Part shown: in pieces, positions 40,622-51,252 of the stretch
How positions within the stretch are numbered: the first letter of the stretch is position 1
Layout: every line of letters starts with the position of its first letter
Assembly (NCBI GenBank): GCA_002438785.1
Contig: DJQS01000011.1
Coordinates: forward strand, 27,996-91,995
DNA from: Bacillales bacterium UBA6380
GTDB lineage: Bacteria; Bacillota_I; Bacilli_A; RFN20; CAG-826
Length of the DNA stretch: 64,000 nucleotides
Direction: 5' to 3'
Program-made: the position numbers and the translations under genes
The notes under the pieces: model-generated
Seen by the model: only the letters and a program-made list of their open reading frames with translations
Database searches by the model: none
Told to the model about the DNA's origin: nothing

Positions 40622-43218
40622 ATTATAGTATTCAAATCAATTCTAATAAATTTCTCAACATCTAATATATTACCTTGAGCCAAATCTGGTTTACCACCAC
40701 CAGAACCACCTACTTCTTTAGTAATTTTTTTAATAATATCACCAGCTTTTAGTCCTTTGTTTACTAAATCCTTACTAATTCCTACCATAATAGGATGTTT
40801 ATCTTCATTTTTGCCAACAAGTATTACTATGTAGTTATTCTTGTTTGCCTTAATAAGATCATAAATGGATATCATTCCATTCTTGTTAAATTCAGGCAAA
40901 TATTCAGCAATTATATTTATATTGTTGATATTTTTAAATTTATTTTTCAATAAATTTGCCTCATTTTGGCAGGCTTTTTTACTAAAAGAGTCAATTATTA
41001 AATCTTTATTACTTAATTCTTCATAAAGTGATGTTAGTTTAGTCTCAATATCGTTTTCACTTGAAACATTTAATTTAGATCTTATATCATCTAATAATAA
41101 TTGCTTCTTTTTTAAATATTCAAATGCTCTTTTTCCAGTTAAGGCTTGAATTCTTCTAACACCGCTAGAAATAGCTTCTTCATTTTGAATTACAAATAAA
41201 CCTATTTCGCTTGTATTATTTACATGACAGCCACCACAAAACTCAATAGAAACGTCACCAAATTTTACAACTCTAACATAATCACCATATTTCTCTCCAA
41301 ATTCAGCAATAGCACCAAGCTTCATAGCTTCATTTAAAGGTAAAAGTGATGTATTACGTTCTATTGAATTTTCAATATATTCATTAACAATATTCTCGAT
41401 TTTTTTAAGATCGTTATTTGAAACTTTTTCAAAATATGAAAAATCAAATCTTAAATAATCTTGATTTACAAAACTTCCTTTTTGTTTAACATCATTTCCC
41501 AAAACTTTTATTAAAGCGCTTTGTAATAAATGTGTTGCACTATGGTTCTTCATGGTGTCATGTCTTTTATTTTTATCAATTATCAAAGTAAATTCATCCC
41601 CTATTTTAATATTTCCATATATTATTTCAATATGATGCAAATTTTGTTTATTAGGTGCCTTTGTAGTATTAATAACGTTAGCCTCAGTATTATCATTGAC
41701 AATTACACCAGTATCGCCAACTTCGCCACCCATTTCCCCATAAAATACAGTTTTATCAAAAATAACTTCACCTTTTTCATCCAAAGAGTCAACTTTAATG
41801 CCGTCTTTAAATAAACCAATTACTTTTGCTTTAATGGAATACTTATCATAAATAAATTCTTCTTCCTTAGTAAAATCAAGCAAATCTTTGGATTGCTTAT
41901 TAAATGATTCAATTATTTTTCTTGAATTTCTAGCCATCTCTTTTTGATGTTGTAAACATTTATTAAATTCATCTAAGTCAACTTTAACTCCCTTATCAGA
42001 GCAGATTTCCTTAGTTAACTCAATTGGAAAACCAAAAGTATCATAAAGTTTAAAGGCATCTTTCCCATTCAATTCTTTAGAATTATCTATTAAAGAATTC
42101 AAAATATTTTCTCCTGCAACAAGAGTTTTAATGAATTTAACTTCTTCAACATGAATCAATTTTTTAATTAAATCCTTTTTCTCTAATAAATAAGGATAGA
42201 AATCTTTCATAACATTAATAACACTATCTACCAATTTATATAAAAAAGGTTCATTAAAACCAATTTTTTGACCATATCGCATTGCCCTTCTAAGAATTCT
42301 TCTTAAAACATATCCACGACCTTCATTAGAAAATGTAGCGCCATCAGCTAAAGCAAATGTACATGCTCTAATATGATCAGCAATTACTCTATATGACATT
42401 AAGTAATCACCACTATATGGATGTTTAGCCATTTTTTCAGTGTCACGAATAATAGGCAAAAATAAATCTGTTTCAAAATTAGTATCTGTTCCTTGTAAGA
42501 CGCAAGCAATTCTTTCTAAACCAGCACCAGTATCAATATTTTTATGTGGTAATTCTTTATATTTACTTCTTTCAACACCATTAACTGCATTAAATTGTGA
42601 AAAGACAATCCCCCAAATTTCAATATAACGATCATTTTCAATATCATCCTCTAATAACTTAACACCTAAATGATCTTTATCCCACTTTTCACCTCTATCA
42701 TAGAAAACTTCTGTATTAGGGCCACAAGGACCTTCACCAATTTGCCAAAAATTACCTTCTAAAGGAATTAAATGCTCTTTATTGATTCCAACCTTTTGCC
42801 ATAATTGATAAGCTTCTAAATCACTAGGATGATAGGTTACATATAATTTATCTTTGTCAATTCCGAAATATTTATCGTTTGTAAGTATATCAAAAGCCCA
42901 TGGTATAACTTCTTTTCTAAAATAATCACCAATTGAAAAATTTCCTAACATTTCAAAAAAAGTATGGTGTCTAGCTGTTTTTCCTACATTATCAATATCA
43001 TTTGTACGTATACATTTTTGTACATTTACAATTCTTTTACATTCTGGAATCTCACTACCATCAAAATATTTCTTCAGCGCACTAACGCCAGCATTTATCC
43101 ATAGTAAAGTTGGATCATTATTTGGTATTAAACTTGCGCCAGGTTCGATCATATGTCCTCTTTCTTTAAAAAAATTTAACCATGTTTCTCTAATTTGTTG
43201 ACTTGTTAATTTATTCAT
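40618..43218 (-). CDS. alaS: Alanine--tRNA ligase
   Basis: 866 aa with class II motifs, an editing domain HxxxH...CGG (HSATHLL, CGGCHV), and a C-terminal DHHA1 domain (GGSGGGKPDLAQG). Confidence 0.97.
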   Translation of the reverse strand: MNKLTSQQIRETWLNFFKERGHMIEPGASLIPNNDPTLLWINAGVSALKKYFDGSEIPECKRIVNVQKCIRTNDIDNVGKTARHHTFFEMLGNFSIGDYFRKEVIPWAFDILTNDKYFGIDKDKLYVTYHPSDLEAYQLWQKVGINKEHLIPLEGNFWQIGEGPCGPNTEVFYDRGEKWDKDHLGVKLLEDDIENDRYIEIWGIVFSQFNAVNGVERSKYKELPHKNIDTGAGLERIACVLQGTDTNFETDLFLPIIRDTEKMAKHPYSGDYLMSYRVIADHIRACTFALADGATFSNEGRGYVLRRILRRAMRYGQKIGFNEPFLYKLVDSVINVMKDFYPYLLEKKDLIKKLIHVEEVKFIKTLVAGENILNSLIDNSKELNGKDAFKLYDTFGFPIELTKEICSDKGVKVDLDEFNKCLQHQKEMARNSRKIIESFNKQSKDLLDFTKEEEFIYDKYSIKAKVIGLFKDGIKVDSLDEKGEVIFDKTVFYGEMGGEVGDTGVIVNDNTEANVINTTKAPNKQNLHHIEIIYGNIKIGDEFTLIIDKNKRHDTMKNHSATHLLQSALIKVLGNDVKQKGSFVNQDYLRFDFSYFEKVSNNDLKKIENIVNEYIENSIERNTSLLPLNEAMKLGAIAEFGEKYGDYVRVVKFGDVSIEFCGGCHVNNTSEIGLFVIQNEEAISSGVRRIQALTGKRAFEYLKKKQLLLDDIRSKLNVSSENDIETKLTSLYEELSNKDLIIDSFSKKACQNEANLLKNKFKNINNINIIAEYLPEFNKNGMISIYDLIKANKNNYIVILVGKNEDKHPIMVGISKDLVNKGLKAGDIIKKITKEVGGSGGGKPDLAQGNILDVEKFIRIDLNTII

Positions 43219-43227
43219 AAAATCTCC

Positions 43228-43470
43228 TAAAAATAAAAAAGTCCCTAAGATTTAGGAACGAATCATCGCGGTACCATCCTAATTTTTAATCGTTTCGATT
43301 AAACACTTAATTGACAAAACACATGTAACGAAAATTGGCTTATGTTTATATCTTTATATGATTTTCACCAAACACATACTCTCTAAAAAAGATATATAAC
43401 ACTTCTTTTTTCAAAAATATTATATATTAAACAAAGTTTTAATGTAAATATGTTTTTATTTATATAAAGC
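43228..43470 (-). ncRNA. T-box riboswitch leader of alaS
   Basis: On the mRNA strand: an AGAGAG box and GGUGAAA (GA motif), then AAAUUAGGAUGGUACCGCG (T-box consensus, UGGU to pair with tRNA-Ala discriminator A), then terminator GUUCCUAAaucUUAGGgAC plus U6 immediately before the alaS RBS. Confidence 0.75.
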
Positions 43471-43490
43471 ATATATGTTAAACTAATTTC

Positions 43491-44987
43491 ATGAAAAAAA
43501 ATAAAATAAAAGATGCTTTTATTCTTTTTTTTAGAATAAACGAAAGAAATTCCAATATTAAAAGAGAAATAATAGGTGGCCTATTAACATTTATATGTAT
43601 GTGTTATATTTTACCTGTCAATGCAACAATTTTATCATCTATGGGAATGAATCAAAACGGTGTTTTTGCTATTACAGCGATTGTCGCATCTATTTCAACA
43701 ATAATGATGGGACTACTCGCAAATTATCCAATAGTTTTATCAAGTGGGATGGGTTTAAATGCATATTTAGCCTATACAATATGTGGTCAAATTTTTAATG
43801 ATTCATATATGTGGCAGAAGTCATTAATAGTTTTAACATTTTCTGGCCTTTTATTTTTCATTTTTAGCATTACTCCTTTAAGACAAAAAATCCTCAAATC
43901 AATTTCAAACGATATAAAATCAATAATCAGTGCTTGCTTAGGCATTTTTTTATGTTTCGTCGCATTAAAAAACTCAGGAATTATTGTATCAGATAATGGT
44001 ACATTTCTTAAATTTGGTCAGCTAATTAAAGAAATTAATAATAATGGAGTTTTAATAATAGACCCCACAAGTCTCATTTCCTTATTTGGTATAATCTTAA
44101 TTATTTCTATAGCTTTTCTTAAAATAAAAAATTTCTCATTAAAAAATCTATCAATTCCAATTACAATTTTGATTTTAACAATTTTATCTATAATATGTGC
44201 TTATTCAAATTTAAATATATATGGTAAAACACTTTCAGATGGAAGTTATAACAATGGACTAATTAATTTTAAAGACTCTTCTATTTGGTTGCCATCTGGA
44301 ATAAAAGATGTTGTATTTTTCGGTTATTTAAATAATCAAAGTATATCTTTTTCAAATTTATTAGTTGAAACATTAAAAGAGCCAAGAACATATATAGCAA
44401 TTTTTGGCCTATTCATTGTTAATATATTTGATACAACCTCCACACTATTTAGCGTTACTAGTGAAATTAATATAAATAATGATACTACTGAGATATTAAA
44501 TTTAAAAAGAGCAATGTTTGCAGATTCTTTTGGATGTCTAATAAGTGGTCCATTAGGAACAAGTAGTGTTACAACTTTAGCAGAATCTACTATAGGAGTC
44601 TCATATGGAGCTAGAACCGGTCTATCTAGTATAATTACTGGCTTATTAATATTAGCTTGTGTTTTTTTATATCCAATATTTAATTATATTACTGCTTCTT
44701 GTATCACAGCACCAATTTTATTTTTTGTTGGATTGACAATTTTTAATAATAGTTTTCAAAAAATTAATTTTAAAGACATCATATTATCTTTTTCTTTTTC
44801 AATAAGCATCATATTTACTTTATTAACATATTCCATAACTAAGGGCGTTGGATTAGGGTTAATCTTTTATACCATAATGATGTTGATTAATTCTAGAAAA
44901 AAAGAGTTAAACATAACAACAACTATAATAACAATTCTATTTTTAATCAATTTGCTACTTGGAGAAATCCTAAGTCATTTAAAATAA
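43491..44987 (+). CDS. NCS2-family purine permease (AzgA/PbuG-like hypoxanthine/guanine/adenine transporter)
   Basis: 498 aa with about 13 TM helices. N-terminal ERNSNIKREIIGGLLTFICMCYILPVNATILS matches the AzgA-type NCS2 signature. Confidence 0.75.
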   Translation: MKKNKIKDAFILFFRINERNSNIKREIIGGLLTFICMCYILPVNATILSSMGMNQNGVFAITAIVASISTIMMGLLANYPIVLSSGMGLNAYLAYTICGQIFNDSYMWQKSLIVLTFSGLLFFIFSITPLRQKILKSISNDIKSIISACLGIFLCFVALKNSGIIVSDNGTFLKFGQLIKEINNNGVLIIDPTSLISLFGIILIISIAFLKIKNFSLKNLSIPITILILTILSIICAYSNLNIYGKTLSDGSYNNGLINFKDSSIWLPSGIKDVVFFGYLNNQSISFSNLLVETLKEPRTYIAIFGLFIVNIFDTTSTLFSVTSEININNDTTEILNLKRAMFADSFGCLISGPLGTSSVTTLAESTIGVSYGARTGLSSIITGLLILACVFLYPIFNYITASCITAPILFFVGLTIFNNSFQKINFKDIILSFSFSISIIFTLLTYSITKGVGLGLIFYTIMMLINSRKKELNITTTIITILFLINLLLGEILSHLK

Positions 44988-45008
44988 AAAGTCGCAGATT
45001 TAAACTAT

Positions 45009-46142
45009 TTAATAATTTTTTAATATTCCATGATAATAAACCTTATCGATAATTCCCCCACCTAGACATATTTCGCCATCATAAAGTACACATGCTTGTC
45101 CGGGTGTAACTGCTTTATATGGAGAATCAAAAACTAAGCTTATAGAACCATCATCATTATTAAATAAAGTTACTCCTAGGTCTTTTTGTCTATATCTAAA
45201 TTTTGCATACAAATGGGTATTATTTTCTATTTTGCCATTGAACAAATTAATTTCATTGACAATACACGAATCACTAAATAAGTGTTCATCTTCACTTCCA
45301 CTTGCTACATATAAAATGTTGTTTTTTACATCTTTTTTGCAAACAAACCATCCTTTAGCTATTTCTCCTTCAATTCCGCCTATTCCAAGCCCTTTTCTTT
45401 GACCTAATGTATAATACATAACACCGTCATGATTGCCAAGAATACGATTATTGGCTATGTCTACGATATTTCCTTTTTTTGCTGGAATATAATTTTTTAA
45501 AAACTCTTTGAAATTTCTTTCACCGATAAAACACACGCCAGTTGAATCTTTTTTATCTTCAACACTTAATAAATTTAATTTGTGAGCTATTGCTCTTACC
45601 TCATCTTTTGTAATATCACCGAGTGGAAATAAACAACTTTTTAGTTGTTTTAATGAAATTTGACTTAAAAAATAGGTTTGGTCTTTGCTTTTATCTTTAG
45701 CTTTATATAAATATGTTTTTTCTCCAACATCAACTCTTTTTGCGTAATGTCCCATGGCAATCATATCGCATCCATTTTTCTTAGCAAAATTATAAAATGC
45801 ATCGAATTTTATATATTTATTACAAAAAATATCAGGATTTGGAGTTCTTCCTTTTTCGTATTCTTTTATAAAATAAGTAAAGACATTATTCCAATATTCT
45901 TTTATAAAATCAATACGCATCATAGGCAAATATAAGGCTTCTGCAACTTTGCAAGCATCTTGATAATCTTTTTCTTGTGGGCAAATATTATCATCAATTG
46001 TAGGATTGCCTAATACATCATTATTAGCCATGCTGTCCCAATTTCTCATAAAGCAGCATACAACTTCATAGCCTTGTTTTTTTAATAAATAAGCGGCAAC
46101 TGCACTATCAACACCACCGCTTAATCCAAGCATTACTTTCAT
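45009..46142 (-). CDS. mnmA: tRNA-specific 2-thiouridylase
   Basis: PP-loop GLSGGVDS, catalytic Cys motifs, and a C-terminal beta-barrel. 377 aa. Confidence 0.9.
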   Translation of the reverse strand: MKVMLGLSGGVDSAVAAYLLKKQGYEVVCCFMRNWDSMANNDVLGNPTIDDNICPQEKDYQDACKVAEALYLPMMRIDFIKEYWNNVFTYFIKEYEKGRTPNPDIFCNKYIKFDAFYNFAKKNGCDMIAMGHYAKRVDVGEKTYLYKAKDKSKDQTYFLSQISLKQLKSCLFPLGDITKDEVRAIAHKLNLLSVEDKKDSTGVCFIGERNFKEFLKNYIPAKKGNIVDIANNRILGNHDGVMYYTLGQRKGLGIGGIEGEIAKGWFVCKKDVKNNILYVASGSEDEHLFSDSCIVNEINLFNGKIENNTHLYAKFRYRQKDLGVTLFNNDDGSISLVFDSPYKAVTPGQACVLYDGEICLGGGIIDKVYYHGILKNY

Positions 46143-46591
46143 TTAAATAATTCCTCGCTATCTATAGCCAATGTAAATGGTCCATCATTTGTTAAACTAA
46201 CTTTCATATCTTCCCCATAAATTCCTTCTTTAACTATTAAATTTAACTTTCTTAAAGAATTATTAAAATATTCATATAATTCTTTAGCCTCGTTATAATT
46301 TAAACAATTCGTAAAAGAAGGCCTATTTCCTTTTTTTATATCAGCATATAAAGTAAATTGTGATACACTCAAAATTTCACCATTAACATCATAAATAGAT
46401 TTGTTAGTTTTTCCAAAATCATCCATAAAAATCCTTAATTTAGAAATTTTTTCAGCCATCTTATCACAAATTTCCTTATTATCATTAAAAGTGAATGAAA
46501 CTAATAATAAATAACCTCTATGAATTGAACTAATCGTTAAATCATTGCAAATGACGTTAGCATTTAATACATTTTGTAATACGATTTTCAT
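46139..46591 (-). CDS. dtd: D-aminoacyl-tRNA deacylase
   Basis: SQFTLYAD and a C-terminal GPFT motif. 150 aa. 4-nt overlap with mnmA. Confidence 0.9.
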   Translation of the reverse strand: MKIVLQNVLNANVICNDLTISSIHRGYLLLVSFTFNDNKEICDKMAEKISKLRIFMDDFGKTNKSIYDVNGEILSVSQFTLYADIKKGNRPSFTNCLNYNEAKELYEYFNNSLRKLNLIVKEGIYGEDMKVSLTNDGPFTLAIDSEELFK

Positions 46592-46614
46592 GCTTATTAT
46601 TATATAATATTTTT

Positions 46615-47877
46615 ATGTTAAAACCACTAGCTTTTCGAATTAGACCATTTCATATTCAAGATATTCTAGGTCAAAATAATTTAATTGGCCCTACAGGATT
46701 TTTAACAAATTCAATTAAAGAAAAAATTCCTTTATCGTTTATATTATTCGGACCTCCAGGTACTGGTAAAACTACTATTGCTGAAGCATATGCACATGAT
46801 ATAAATTTGCCATATAAAAAATTAAATGCTGTAATTTCTAATAAAAAAGATCTTGAAGATTCCATCAAAGTAGCCATCTCAAATCCACCATTAATTTTAA
46901 TAATTGATGAAGTTCATCGTTTAAACAAAGATAAACAAGATATTTTACTGCCTTATATTGAAGATGGAACTATTATATTAATAGGCGCGACCACATCTAA
47001 TCCATATATTGCTATAAATAAAGCTATTAGAAGTCGTACGCATATTTTAGAAGTTAAAAAACTAACAGCTGATGAAATTATTGATGGCTTAAAAAAAGCT
47101 ATAAGTTTACCAAATGGTCTAAGTAATAAAATAACTTTAGGGGATGATATATTAAAATACATTGCTGATATTTCTGGTGGAGATTTTCGCTTTGCTTTGA
47201 ATTTTCTTGAAGTGATTTATTTAACTTTTAAAGATGAAATTATTACTCTTGATAAAGTAAAATCAATATCTAAAATTTCTAATATTCAAATGGATAAAAA
47301 TGATGATGATCATTATGATGCAGTAAGTGCATTACAAAAATCAATACGTGGTAGCGATGTAAATGCAGCCTTATATTATCTAGCAAGACTTTGTGTCGCA
47401 AATGATCTAGATTCAATTAGTCGAAGACTTTTAATCACTGCCTATGAGGATATCGGATTAGCAAACCCAAATGCAGTTTTAAGATGTAAAGAAGCAATAG
47501 ATGCTGCTAATCAAGTAGGATTCCCTGAAGCAAGAATACCACTAGCAAATTCAGTAATAGATTTAGCCTTATCGCCAAAAAGTAAATCAGCTGAAATATC
47601 AATTGATTCAGCTATGACATTCGTTAATGAAAAGCCATTAGATGTTTTGGATTATTTAAAATTAACGCCAGTAAATACCCAAGAAATTGATAAATACCCC
47701 TACGATAGACCTGATCTATGGATAAAGATGCAGTACCTTCCAGAATTAATTAAAAATGTTGAATTTTATAAAGAATCTAATGCTGGACAATACGAAAAAT
47801 TATTAAATGAAAACTATCATAAAATTAAACAAATTAAACGTATCAGCAATTTGCGAGAACTAAAAACTAAAAAATAA
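46615..47877 (+). CDS. rarA: Replication-associated recombination protein A (AAA+ ATPase MgsA/RarA)
   Basis: Walker A GPPGTGKTT, Walker B IIDEVHR, sensor and RarA C-terminal domains. 420 aa. Confidence 0.85.
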   Translation: MLKPLAFRIRPFHIQDILGQNNLIGPTGFLTNSIKEKIPLSFILFGPPGTGKTTIAEAYAHDINLPYKKLNAVISNKKDLEDSIKVAISNPPLILIIDEVHRLNKDKQDILLPYIEDGTIILIGATTSNPYIAINKAIRSRTHILEVKKLTADEIIDGLKKAISLPNGLSNKITLGDDILKYIADISGGDFRFALNFLEVIYLTFKDEIITLDKVKSISKISNIQMDKNDDDHYDAVSALQKSIRGSDVNAALYYLARLCVANDLDSISRRLLITAYEDIGLANPNAVLRCKEAIDAANQVGFPEARIPLANSVIDLALSPKSKSAEISIDSAMTFVNEKPLDVLDYLKLTPVNTQEIDKYPYDRPDLWIKMQYLPELIKNVEFYKESNAGQYEKLLNENYHKIKQIKRISNLRELKTKK

Positions 47878-49120
47878 AAGCAGAACGTGTTTCTTCTATT
47901 ATCGAGTCATAATCATTTTTATTAGTATACAAAGTACAAAGCAATTCACCATCTAAAACACTATCACCTATTTTTTTATTTAAAATAATACCAGCAGACA
48001 TATCGATTACATCAGTAATTACTTCTCTTCCACCACCTAATTTCATGGATGATTTTCCAATAGTTAGTGCATCGATTCTTTTAATAATACCCGCTTTCTT
48101 ACTAAATACTGGAATTATATTTTTTGCAACAGGAAATTTTTCTGGATTAGTAATATATGAGATATCACCTTTTTGAGCTCTTACAAATTCTATAAATTTT
48201 TCAAAGGCTTTACCATTTTTTATATTATTTAAAATAGCATTTTGTGCTTCTTTCTCATTATTAAACAATTTGGCTTGGACTAACATAATAGAACCACTAT
48301 TAACACATAAATCAAATAAATCTTTTGGACCATTGCCTTTTAAAGTAGCAATAGCTTCTTTTACTTCTAAATTATTTCCAACAGCCATGCCTAAAGGCTG
48401 ATCCATATCTGTAACTTCAGCTTTAACATTTTTTCCTAAATGTTCTCCTATATTTATCATTAAATTCGCTAGTTCTTTAGCTTTTTCTTTGGTTTTCATA
48501 AATGCACCGCTTCCATATTTAACATCAAGCAAAATGCAATCAGCACCACTTGCAAGTTTTTTTGACATAATTGAAGAAGCAATTAATGGGATAGAACTTA
48601 CAGTTGCTGTAACATCACGCAATGCATAAAGTTTTTTATCAGCTGGGTCTAAATCGCTAGTTTGACCTATAATTGCCATTCCAACTTCCTTAATTTGTTT
48701 TTTAAATTCAAAAATATTTTCGTAAATATTAAAACCAGGAATTGACTCGAGTTTGTCTAATGTTCCACCAGTATGTCCTAATCCTCTTCCACTCATTTTA
48801 GCTAGTTTTCCTCCACAACTGGCAACCATTGGACCTAAAACTAAACTAACTTTATCTCCAACACCACCCGTAGAATGTTTATCAACTTTTAAACCTGGAA
48901 TATCAGATAAATCCCACACTTCGCCACTATTTTTCATTTCATCAGTAAGTATCGAAGTTTCTTTCGTATCCATTCCTTTTAAATATATTGCCATTAATAA
49001 AGCACTAGCTTGATAATCTGGTATATGGCCATTCACATAATTTTCAATAAAAAAATGTAGTTCATCACGTGTTAATTTAAATCCATCTCTTTTATGTTCG
49101 ATAATTTCTTCCATTAGCAT
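47867..49120 (-). CDS. pdp: Pyrimidine-nucleoside (thymidine) phosphorylase
   Basis: Glycosyl-transferase family 3 motifs (DKHSTGGVGDK, SGRGLGHTGGTLDKLE) and a C-terminal alpha/beta domain. 417 aa. Confidence 0.85.
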   Translation of the reverse strand: MLMEEIIEHKRDGFKLTRDELHFFIENYVNGHIPDYQASALLMAIYLKGMDTKETSILTDEMKNSGEVWDLSDIPGLKVDKHSTGGVGDKVSLVLGPMVASCGGKLAKMSGRGLGHTGGTLDKLESIPGFNIYENIFEFKKQIKEVGMAIIGQTSDLDPADKKLYALRDVTATVSSIPLIASSIMSKKLASGADCILLDVKYGSGAFMKTKEKAKELANLMINIGEHLGKNVKAEVTDMDQPLGMAVGNNLEVKEAIATLKGNGPKDLFDLCVNSGSIMLVQAKLFNNEKEAQNAILNNIKNGKAFEKFIEFVRAQKGDISYITNPEKFPVAKNIIPVFSKKAGIIKRIDALTIGKSSMKLGGGREVITDVIDMSAGIILNKKIGDSVLDGELLCTLYTNKNDYDSIIEETRSAFIF

Positions 49121-49195
49121 ATATTTTTAACCTCTTTTTAATAGTTTATCATATTTAAAATAGATTTTTTATATTAAAAACAATATGATTAATAT

Positions 49196-50491
49196 ATGAA
49201 AAATTTTAACGAATTTAAAACTCACATGTCGAAGCATTATCCAGAAAACATAGTCGAAAAATTAATCAATACGTTTGATAATTCTCCAACTGGATGTTTA
49301 TTAATAAATCAAAATAAAACTACTATAGAACAACTAAAAAACTACTTTAAGACTTTAATGCCACATCCTTTTATAAAAAATGCTTATTATTTTAATAAAG
49401 AAATCGATAAACCTGGAAAGTCCTTTCTATTTGATAATGGTGCCTATTATATAATGGATTCGAGTAGTCTAATAATTAGTTACTTACTTGAGATTAATGA
49501 TAATGATAATATATTAGATCTTTGCGCAGCTCCTGGTGGCAAATCAATTTCAATTTCATTAAAGAATAAAAATAGTAATATAATCAGTAACGATATTTCT
49601 ATGCCAAGAATACTATCGATGCGTGAAAATATTGAAAGACTCGGAATTACTAACATAGTATTGACAAATAATGATTTTTCACATGTTTATAAAAAATTTT
49701 TAAATACTTTTGATATCATAATTTTAGATGCTCCATGCAGTGGTTCTAGTATGTTTAGAAAAAATATATTAGCTCAACTTGATTGGTCTATAGATAAAGT
49801 TAATAAATGTGTTGAAATTCAAAAAGCGTTAATCGACATAGCCTTTCAAATGTTAAAACCAAATGGAATATTATCATATTCAACTTGTTCTTTTTCTTAT
49901 GAAGAAAATGAAGGTGTAATTTTAGATTTTATCAAAAAAAATAGAAACGCCTATTTAGTTGATATTCCTAAAATCGAAGGTGAGTATCGCCATCCGGATT
50001 TGCCAAATGCCATACATTTATTTCCTTTTCTATACAAAGGTGAAGGTCAATTTGTTTGCCAAATTAAAAAAGTTTCAAATGAATTTTCAAATAGAAAAAT
50101 AAATAAAAAATTAGAAGAAAATAAACTTGCAATATATAATCTTAATTATTTTAAGTATCAAGAAATATTTAAAAATCACATATTTTTGTTTAATAATGAA
50201 CTAGATTTAACCTCTTTGAATATTATAAAAAAAGGGTTAGATGCTTTTGAAATAAGAAATAATGAAAATATTCCCACTTTTCATCTTGCACATTATTTGC
50301 CAAAAAATAATTCAATTAAATTAGATGAAAGCGAAGCAAAAAAATATTTGCATGGTGATGTTATTATTAGAAACAATTTAAGACTTAATGATGGATATTA
50401 TATAGTTTCTTTTGACAGCATAAACCTTGGTATAATAAAAAAAGTAGGAAGTAACTTAAAAAACTTTTACCCAAAAGGTCTACGACATTAA
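49196..50491 (+). CDS. rRNA cytosine-C5 methyltransferase of the NOL1/NOP2/Sun family (RsmF/RsmB-like)
   Basis: SAM motif LDLCAAPGGKS and catalytic DAPCSGSSMFRKN ... PNGILSYSTCS. 431 aa. Confidence 0.75.
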   Translation: MKNFNEFKTHMSKHYPENIVEKLINTFDNSPTGCLLINQNKTTIEQLKNYFKTLMPHPFIKNAYYFNKEIDKPGKSFLFDNGAYYIMDSSSLIISYLLEINDNDNILDLCAAPGGKSISISLKNKNSNIISNDISMPRILSMRENIERLGITNIVLTNNDFSHVYKKFLNTFDIIILDAPCSGSSMFRKNILAQLDWSIDKVNKCVEIQKALIDIAFQMLKPNGILSYSTCSFSYEENEGVILDFIKKNRNAYLVDIPKIEGEYRHPDLPNAIHLFPFLYKGEGQFVCQIKKVSNEFSNRKINKKLEENKLAIYNLNYFKYQEIFKNHIFLFNNELDLTSLNIIKKGLDAFEIRNNENIPTFHLAHYLPKNNSIKLDESEAKKYLHGDVIIRNNLRLNDGYYIVSFDSINLGIIKKVGSNLKNFYPKGLRH

Positions 50492-51252
50492 TTCATTTTG
50501 ATTTTTGATGAATCTAATTCTCTTAATTCATATAGCTTATTTTTAATCAGTTCATATGATTTATTAGCAATTAAACTTGTACTAGAATTTTGATAATCAT
50601 CTTTTGTAAATTTAAAAATATATGCAAGTTCTACTGGATAAAATTTAAATTTATTGTCGATTTTTAAAATTCTAAATGTACCATATAATGCTGTTACATA
50701 AATATCAGAATTAGTTTTAAAGGCTGGTCTAAATGTTCCATGATGAAATTGAATTGGATCTTTCAAAGGCTCTTTATTTCTAGTTCCTTCTGGAAAAATT
50801 ACCCAATCTAAATTTGGATAACAAGTCATATCTTGTTCAATTTCTTTCATTACCCTTAATTGTTGTTTTAAATCATCTCTATTAAGGAATTTACCGCCTA
50901 ATAAAGTAACGACACGACCAACAAATGGCATTTTTTTAACCTCAACTTTAGCAGCAAAAGTTAAAGGTTTTTTGCTTAAAGCAATAAAAATTAAAGGATC
51001 GATATCACTTAGATGATTGCAAATTATTAAACGCGACTTATTATAGCTATAATTTAATAATTCATCACAATTATATATTAAATATTTCACATTAAATTTC
51101 TTTAATACATATCTAATTAACTTTTGCGTTTTGTAAAATCTTTTTTCAATAGAATATCTTTCAGGGTGCTTAGAATACCTTAAGATCCAAGAAAAATAAG
51201 CAAATATGATACGTGGACCGCAAAAAAATAAAATTTTTAAATATTTAATCAT
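50488..51252 (-). CDS. plsC: 1-acyl-sn-glycerol-3-phosphate acyltransferase
   Basis: NHLSDIDP (HxxxxD) and FPEGTRN acyltransferase motifs. N-terminal TM anchor. 254 aa. Confidence 0.75.
   Translation of the reverse strand: MIKYLKILFFCGPRIIFAYFSWILRYSKHPERYSIEKRFYKTQKLIRYVLKKFNVKYLIYNCDELLNYSYNKSRLIICNHLSDIDPLIFIALSKKPLTFAAKVEVKKMPFVGRVVTLLGGKFLNRDDLKQQLRVMKEIEQDMTCYPNLDWVIFPEGTRNKEPLKDPIQFHHGTFRPAFKTNSDIYVTALYGTFRILKIDNKFKFYPVELAYIFKFTKDDYQNSSTSLIANKSYELIKNKLYELRELDSSKIKMN

Noticed and set aside
43380-43490. Purine riboswitch upstream of the NCS2 permease
   Set aside because: The conserved purine-riboswitch junction motifs are absent. The intergenic space is occupied by the alaS T-box on the opposite strand.
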